Shown here in pieces: positions 58,529-64,000 of a stretch of DNA of 64,000 nucleotides. Each line of letters begins with the position of its first letter. Position 1 is the first letter of the stretch. This DNA is from Vicinamibacterales bacterium (GTDB lineage Bacteria > Acidobacteriota > Vicinamibacteria > Vicinamibacterales > JAMQPK01). Below the pieces are notes generated by a model that was given only the letters and a program-made list of their open reading frames with translations, did no database searches and had not been told where the DNA came from. The stretch is from assembly GCA_963787755.1 (NCBI GenBank), contig CAWBEG010000017.1, forward strand, positions 362-64,361. Reading direction: 5' to 3'. Made by a program: the position numbers and the translations under genes.

Positions 58529-58816
58529 TCATTCGGAATTGCGGATCGTCTCGACTTTCGCGTCGACCGCGATGACGCCTTCGGCGATGATGCGAATGTC
58601 GTCGCGCACGCTCTCAGCGACGACGTCGAAATGCTGCCGGGTGGCGATACCCTCTTCTCGAATCTCCTGGCGGAGCGTGGCTTCCACCCGGCGAATTTCC
58701 GTAGCAAGGCGCGTGTCGACTTCGCGCACTTGAGCGTCAACCTCGCGCACTCGGTCGTCGACATTTCGAACGTCTGCGCGAACGGCTGCAAATTCGTTTT
58801 TGATATCAGCGTCCAT
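58529..58816 (-). CDS. Small coiled-coil protein with heptad repeats, function unknown
   Basis: MDADIKNEFAAVRADVRNVDDRVREVDAQVREVDTRLATEIRRVEATLRQEIREEG.. A 21-nt periodicity is visible in the DNA at about 58690..58790. Confidence 0.5.
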   Translation of the reverse strand: MDADIKNEFAAVRADVRNVDDRVREVDAQVREVDTRLATEIRRVEATLRQEIREEGIATRQHFDVVAESVRDDIRIIAEGVIAVDAKVETIRNSE

Positions 58817-59110
58817 GTTGAGGCTGGGAGCAACAATCCTACCATCGTCGCCTTGAACGCGTGTTACCTACTCATCGCGGTCGAGGCGGCCTCCAACGTG
58901 AATTAAGGCCGGTACTACCCGGCCGATCTCCTTCGTCAGCCGTTCCAGACTGAAGCCGATGCTCGCGTCCCGCCATCACGATGGCGAACACGACGACGAT
59001 GGCATCGTCCTCACGACAGATTCAAGAGGCAAGATCTGCGGGTCAGGTTGTCGGGCACCGATCACGATGCAAAGCGTCGCGCCTCTGCGTCGTGGCGCTA
59101 TCGCATGTCA

Positions 59111-59543
59111 TCAGGGAGCTCCAGTCGACACGATCTCGTACTTTATTCCTTCGGGATCTTTGAAAAAGAAGGCGTAATAACCGGCCGGCGTGTATTCCGG
59201 ATACTCTCGCGGTGCACTCACGATGGTGGCGCCTATCTCTTTTACTTCGGAATGCAAGCGATCGACTTCGGCCGCAGATGCCGCTCTGAACGCAAGATGA
59301 TGGAGCGACCCTGGTCTTCTGCGATGGATCGTCTCCCCCATGAAAGCCCGTCTCGGCGAGGTGATGGCGAACCCAAGCCGTGGATGCTCGTACCGAGACG
59401 ACATGCTTCTCGTGTTGTTCGATCCGCGCGCTGCTTCTATTGCCGAGATCAAAACCCAGGAGAGGCAGCAGCTTGTCGTAGAAGCCCACTGCCACGGTCA
59501 TGTCTCTGACCGTAATTTCGATATGGTCGATGATTGGTTCCAT
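59111..59543 (-). pseudogene. VOC/glyoxalase-family protein, one frame change near 59395
   Basis: MEPIIDHIEITVRDMTVAVGFYDKLLPLLGFDLGNRSSARIEQHEKHVV (ORF 59043..59543), then YEHPRLGFAITSP..PGSLHHLAFRAASAAEVDRLHSEVKEIGATIVSAPREYPEYTPAGYYAFFFKDPEGIKYEIV (ORF 59111..59452). Confidence 0.8.
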
Positions 59544-59553
59544 CGCTATGACA

Positions 59554-61191
59554 CTATGGGGTGCGCGCAGGCCCGTAGAGAATCCGTCCTGGCCGAGCCG
59601 TCGTCACTGCGCCATTCTCGAATGCCACCTGGCCGTTGATGACCACCACTGAGATCCCTTGAGCGTACTGGTGGGGTTGCTCGAACGTCGCGATATCGCG
59701 AACCGTGGCAGGATCGAAAATGACAACGTCGGCCTTCATCCGTTCCCGAAGAACACCGCGGTCGGTCAACCCGATGCGCCGAGCTGGAAACGACGACATT
59801 TTGCGAATCGCGTCTTCGAGGGTGAGCACCTTAAGGTCGCGCACGTACCGACCTAGTACGCGCACGAAGGTGCCGTAACTGCGTGGATGCGGGCTTGCCC
59901 TCCCAAACACGACCACTCCACCGTCTGACGCAATCATCGATGCCGGGTGCCGCAGAATTCGCTGTATGTCTTCTTCGCCGATAGCAAAGTAGATCCCGCC
60001 GCAATCGCCGCTCTCAACCAGCCACAGTGCCGTATCCGCCGCATCCTCGATCGAGCGGGACTTGCCCCGCCCCGCGGCGACATCATCAAGTCGCTGGCCC
60101 GCAAGAGACGGGCTCCAGTCGCACCGGGAGACCATGACGTTGCGAGCATCACCTCCACCGCGTCCTTCGAGGAGGATCCGGATCGTTTCCACCAGAATCC
60201 GGCGGCGCGTCACGGGATCGCGCAAGCGTTTCAGAATGTCATCGCGGCTGCCTTCCTGCGCCCAGACTGGCATGAGCGCGGCCGAAATGCTGGTTGATGA
60301 CGCCGTGTAAGGATAGACATCGAGCGTCACGTCCACGCCGCGCTGCCGCGCCTCGTCGATCTGCCGCAGTGTATCTACGGTCTTGCCCCAGGAGGCTTTC
60401 CCGATCGTCTTGTGATGAGTGACCTGCGTCGGCAACTCGCCCTGCTCCCCGATTGCGATGGTCTCGCGGACGCTATTCTCTACTCCCAGTTCCTCGTCGC
60501 GCATGTGGGAGATGTGAATTCCACCAGACGCGCCTACCACCCTGGCGAGCTCAACGACCTCATCCGTCTTGCTGAAGGTGGCCGGCACGTAGAAGAGTCC
60601 CGTGCTCAAGCCAAAGGCGCCATCGCGCATGCCTTCGAGCGCCAGCGCGCGCATGCGTTCCAGCTCGCTGTCGGTCGGCGCCCGATTGACGCTGCCGAAC
60701 ACGGCGGCGCGAATAGAACCATGCCCGATGAATGTACCGAGGTTGGGCGTGATTCCTGTCTTCGCCGTCAGTTCGAGGGCAGGTCTGAGTGGCACCGGCG
60801 AGAAGCCGTCAGGCCCGGTGATGAGCGTCGTCACGCCCTGGCGCACGTAGTTGTCAGCGGTTGGAACCTCGACGATTGGCAAGGGCGAAGACGGTTGCGC
60901 CGCGCCTCCAAACGCATGCACGTGAAGGTCGATGAATCCTGGGGCGACCACCTGGCCGGTCGCATCGAGCGTTCGAGTCGAGGGTGCGTCTATTCGTCGC
61001 GCAATGGTGGCGATTTCATCACCACGAATGCCAATGTCGGCTCGGAACCAGGGACTGCCCGTGCCGTCGACAACCCGGGCATTTCTGATGACGAGGTCGT
61101 AAGGCGCAACCTGCGCCCGCAGCAAAACGAGGGTTACCACCAGTGCAAGCGCCACCGTGAAGGCAACGAGTGGGCCGCGTTCAGCGTTCAT
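59554..61191 (-). CDS. N-acyl-D-amino-acid deacylase (D-aminoacylase) family amidohydrolase, N-terminal anchor/signal
   Basis: ..YDLVIRNARVVDGTGSPWFRADIGIRGDEIATI..APGFIDLHVHAFG..ISHMRDEE..VTHHK..DVYPYTASST..MIASDGG. Intact 545 aa. Confidence 0.85.
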   Translation of the reverse strand: MNAERGPLVAFTVALALVVTLVLLRAQVAPYDLVIRNARVVDGTGSPWFRADIGIRGDEIATIARRIDAPSTRTLDATGQVVAPGFIDLHVHAFGGAAQPSSPLPIVEVPTADNYVRQGVTTLITGPDGFSPVPLRPALELTAKTGITPNLGTFIGHGSIRAAVFGSVNRAPTDSELERMRALALEGMRDGAFGLSTGLFYVPATFSKTDEVVELARVVGASGGIHISHMRDEELGVENSVRETIAIGEQGELPTQVTHHKTIGKASWGKTVDTLRQIDEARQRGVDVTLDVYPYTASSTSISAALMPVWAQEGSRDDILKRLRDPVTRRRILVETIRILLEGRGGGDARNVMVSRCDWSPSLAGQRLDDVAAGRGKSRSIEDAADTALWLVESGDCGGIYFAIGEEDIQRILRHPASMIASDGGVVVFGRASPHPRSYGTFVRVLGRYVRDLKVLTLEDAIRKMSSFPARRIGLTDRGVLRERMKADVVIFDPATVRDIATFEQPHQYAQGISVVVINGQVAFENGAVTTARPGRILYGPARTP

Positions 61192-62449
61192 TCCTATAAA
61201 CCTTACCGCCTCTCATGACAAACACGACGCGTCTGAGTGAAGTGATGTCGACCAACGGATCGCCAGCAATCGCGACAAGGTCTGCCTCCATCCCCGGCGC
61301 AACGATTCCAACCCGATTCTGCATACGCAGTGACTCGGCAGCCAGCGATGTCATGCTCACGATGGCCGCCATCGCCGGCTGTCCACCGTCACGAACACGG
61401 ACAATAGCCTCCTCGACGTTGCGACCATGGGCGCCGGCATTGGCGTCGGTGCCAAAAACAATCTTTAGCCCCTGGATCCTCAGCGCGCGCTTGAACGTCT
61501 CCAGGAAAACCGGAATTGTTTTCTCCATCATCGAGAAGCCTTCCTCGGTGAAGTTACCGACACCGAAAAACCGCGGCTTGTTCTCGATGTAGTTCTGCAA
61601 CAGAAGACCAATGTGCGGGTCGTAGAACGTACCACGCTCGGCCATGAGCCGAAACACTTCGTCGGTACCGAACGCACCATGTTCAACCGAGGTACAACCG
61701 GCGAGCGTGGCGTCTTTCATCGCCGGGGCCGTGTATACATGCACAGCCGACCTGAGCCCCAGCGCCGTCGCTTCACCGCAAGCAGCCTGAAGCTGCTCAT
61801 CGGTCATGGTCTGCTGGCCGCCGTCTCGAATGCTCCGTGAAGCAAACAGTTTGATGACGTCGGCCCCATCGGCCTTAGCCCGGCGCACGGCTTCGCGCAA
61901 TTGCTCGCCGGTCGCAATGCCATCAATAGCCTCGCCGATCGTCCCACTGTGCCCAATTTGCCGGACGGAGGTGAGCACTCGGGGCCCTGGCAGGAGGCCG
62001 CGCTCGATCGCGGTCCGCACGTCGACGTCGGTGAGGGCGCCAAGGCTTTGCACTGTCGTGAATCCACCCTGCAGCATCAGCCATGCGTTCTCCGTCCAGT
62101 ACAACGCTTCCTGGACCGGAGTCTCGCCCCGATTGTCAGCGCGTCCGTCCTTGTTGAAATGCGAATCGGGATGAACGTGTGTGTCGATCCAGCCAGGCAT
62201 CACGGTGGCGCCGGGAAGGTTGTAGCGCGCCCGCTCAGCAGAGCGGCTCACCGAAGCAATGCGACCGTTTTCGATTCGAATGACGACGTCCTTCGCCACG
62301 CCGCCTCGACCGTCAAGGAGTGTCTCAGCGCGAATCGTCACGGCTGACGTGGGTTGCAACGCGGCACCGCCCTGAAACCCCGCTAATGATGCCGCGACCA
62401 TCGCAACAGCAAGGGCACTCATCACCGACGCAATCAGACGCTGCCTCAT
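61181..62449 (-). CDS. Amidohydrolase-family metallo-hydrolase (imidazolonepropionase/prolidase-like), secreted
   Basis: Signal peptide. ..VMPGWIDTHVHPDSH..IKLFAS..AVHVYT..SVEHG..IVFGTDANAGAHG.. Intact 422 aa; overlaps the next gene by 11 nt. Confidence 0.8.
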   Translation of the reverse strand: MRQRLIASVMSALAVAMVAASLAGFQGGAALQPTSAVTIRAETLLDGRGGVAKDVVIRIENGRIASVSRSAERARYNLPGATVMPGWIDTHVHPDSHFNKDGRADNRGETPVQEALYWTENAWLMLQGGFTTVQSLGALTDVDVRTAIERGLLPGPRVLTSVRQIGHSGTIGEAIDGIATGEQLREAVRRAKADGADVIKLFASRSIRDGGQQTMTDEQLQAACGEATALGLRSAVHVYTAPAMKDATLAGCTSVEHGAFGTDEVFRLMAERGTFYDPHIGLLLQNYIENKPRFFGVGNFTEEGFSMMEKTIPVFLETFKRALRIQGLKIVFGTDANAGAHGRNVEEAIVRVRDGGQPAMAAIVSMTSLAAESLRMQNRVGIVAPGMEADLVAIAGDPLVDITSLRRVVFVMRGGKVYRNER

Positions 62450-62491
62450 GATTCCGCCTAACCCTCCAGACTGCTTGGGACGTCCGCGTTT

Positions 62492-62535
62492 CAGCCGCGG
62501 CGGCGGCTCATCATCGCACCGGCCGCCGACGGCTG
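62492..62535 (-). other. GC-rich imperfect stem-loop between two co-directional genes
   Basis: CAGCCG(C)GGCGGC at 62492..62504 pairs with GCCGCC(A)CGGCTG at 62522..62535: about 13 bp with one mismatch and a 17-nt loop. No U-tract follows on either strand. Confidence 0.3.
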
Positions 62536-62596
62536 CAAACGCATGTTAGGCAGTCATGCCGGATTGACTTTGAAGGGGGGCAAATAGATGGCGCCG

Positions 62597-63529
62597 CTAC
62601 ACGATCTCGATACTGAAGATGTCGCCCGCCGTCGGACTCTCCGTTCCCGTCCATCCCGGGTGCAGTCCCGCATCGCAGCTTACAAGGCGTCCGTCGTGCC
62701 ACACGAGGCCGTGAGGATCGGATGATCCTGGTGCGAAATCCGCCGTCAACAGCAACTGGCCGGTCTTGCCGTCGTATTTGCTCAAACCGGGCTGCGCGTC
62801 CTTGTAGCTGGTGCTGTTCGTGCCAGTGACGACCCAGATATTCCCCCCATCATCGAACGCCACGTCATGCAGCCGCGGTTTCTCCTCCGACGCGACCCGG
62901 ATGAGCACTTCCGGTACCCACGTGACCGGGTCGACGCGCAAGATGCCGCCGAGACGCAGCGCGGCGATCCAGAGTTTTCCCTGGTGCCACTTCACCCCGT
63001 GGCATCCGCCGCCGTTCGCTCCCAATGCCAGCGGGATCTGCTGGTGCGAAACCTGGTTGGAGTTCATGTCCACTTGGAAAATGCCGTAGGGATCCTGATT
63101 TGCGCCAACCCAAATGCACCCATTGCCGTAGGCGAGACCCGACGTATTGCGCGCATGCGTCGTGATGGTCTTGAGCAGCTTCCCGCTCCAATCCACCAAC
63201 CAGGCCGCTTCGTCGAGGCCGGTGTCATCGAGCGGCACACTGTACTGCTTCGCATTCGAAGGATTGGCCTTCTGCTGGCCGATCCACAGTCCTCCTGGCG
63301 CATCGGTCATCACCGCGAGCGCGTTGGGATACATGCCAGGCGACTTGAAGAGGGACTTCGTTTTCGCCACCTTCTTCGGAACGGGCGTACCCCGTCCCCC
63401 ACTCGCAGGGCGGGAACCAGCGGCGCCACGCGGAGGAGCCGCACCCTCCTGAGCTGCCAACATAACGGCCGACGAGCTGAGGCCGAGAGCGATACCCGTG
63501 GTCAGGAATTCCCGTCGTTTCATGGTCAT
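62597..63529 (-). CDS. Twin-arginine-signal secreted beta-propeller-like protein, function unknown
   Basis: MTMKRREFLTTGIALGLSSSAVMLAAQ.. with repeated ..G.IWV.. / ..GKLW.. strands. Intact 310 aa. Confidence 0.55.
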   Translation of the reverse strand: MTMKRREFLTTGIALGLSSSAVMLAAQEGAAPPRGAAGSRPASGGRGTPVPKKVAKTKSLFKSPGMYPNALAVMTDAPGGLWIGQQKANPSNAKQYSVPLDDTGLDEAAWLVDWSGKLLKTITTHARNTSGLAYGNGCIWVGANQDPYGIFQVDMNSNQVSHQQIPLALGANGGGCHGVKWHQGKLWIAALRLGGILRVDPVTWVPEVLIRVASEEKPRLHDVAFDDGGNIWVVTGTNSTSYKDAQPGLSKYDGKTGQLLLTADFAPGSSDPHGLVWHDGRLVSCDAGLHPGWTGTESPTAGDIFSIEIV

Positions 63530-63619
63530 GCCGGCGTCCTGTCTGAAGTCGGCGAGACTTCTCTGTATGAAGGTGAACGGAGTGCGTTTATATCACAGCA
63601 GTCTTGAAGCCGCGACTCG

Positions 63620-64000
63620 CTACGGACGCTGGCTGCAATACCTGCTCCCCGCACAGCGCGTGGGTACGTAGAGTTCAGCCTGGATCAACCACATCCCGTC
63701 GATCCGACGCCACTGGGCCATGTACGTTCCCGCCATGTCAACAGTTCCGTCCGGTTCAGTCCATCGGGCGGTCCAGTCCCCACGCTCCGACGCCATCGCC
63801 CATGGCAAGTACACGTCAATCGCTGAAGGTTGGCGCACGTAGATCGTGTCCGGACGTGTCGCAAACTGCTGTGCCATGCGCTGTTGATTGAGTTCGCGAC
63901 CGGCAACCTGCGCACCCGTCGATCTGACGACGTGCACATCGTCCATCCACAGTCGAGCCATTGCTGCCGGGTCGTGAGCGCCAATGGCGGCGTTCGAGCG
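63620..64000 (-). CDS. SnoaL-like/DUF4440 (NTF2-fold) protein, 5' end outside the window
   Basis: ..NAAIGAHDPAAMARLWMDDVHVVRSTG..GDWTARWTEPDGTVDMAGTYMAQWRRIDGMWLIQAELYV. The frame stays open to the right edge. Confidence 0.6.
   Translation of the reverse strand, partial: RSNAAIGAHDPAAMARLWMDDVHVVRSTGAQVAGRELNQQRMAQQFATRPDTIYVRQPSAIDVYLPWAMASERGDWTARWTEPDGTVDMAGTYMAQWRRIDGMWLIQAELYVPTRCAGSRYCSQRP

Noticed and set aside
1-64000. CRISPR arrays, tRNA/rRNA genes, transposases, integrases, prophage or known defence-system genes
   Set aside because: I looked through the intergenic regions and all long ORFs on both strands. I recognised no repeat-spacer arrays, cloverleaf-like sequences or hallmark motifs. 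This is a by-eye negative, and a proper tRNAscan/Infernal/HMM run could still find small RNAs.

Overview
Very GC-rich bacterial chromosomal segment with about 65 protein-coding genes, most on the minus strand. From gene content I infer a soil Acidobacteriota-like organism (possibly Gemmatimonadota-like): an ECF sigma factor paired with a Ser/Thr kinase, CarboxypepD_reg proteins, and a very large share of exported hydrolases. By eye I recognised no rRNA, tRNA, CRISPR array, transposase, integrase or phage genes. Recognisable modules are: (i) two single-domain globins bracketing the ECF sigma/Ser-Thr kinase pair; (ii) a long minus-strand run containing MBL hydrolase, tctCBA, tcuAB, a methyltransferase and a Tat-signal HAD dehalogenase; (iii) a Tat-signal thiamine-pyrophosphate (TPP) enzyme followed by a c-type cytochrome; (iv) a block of secreted peptidases, esterases and beta-propellers; (v) a tightly overlapping operon of exported proteins (class-V aminotransferase, TolB-like/PHP hydrolase, MBL hydrolase, PHP hydrolase, small membrane protein); (vi) two adjacent amidohydrolases. 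The most striking sequence-level feature is a dense cluster of reading-frame disruptions in the left ~25 kb, against only two in the right ~39 kb. Every junction I could reconstruct looks like a one-base contraction of a short G or C run, so sequencing error and real gene decay cannot be separated from the sequence alone. The window also holds an AT-rich 36-nt element made of tandem heptads, present twice at gene 3' ends, and a perfect AT-rich palindrome in front of the TPP-enzyme gene. All product calls come from motif and family recognition by eye; no searches were run.
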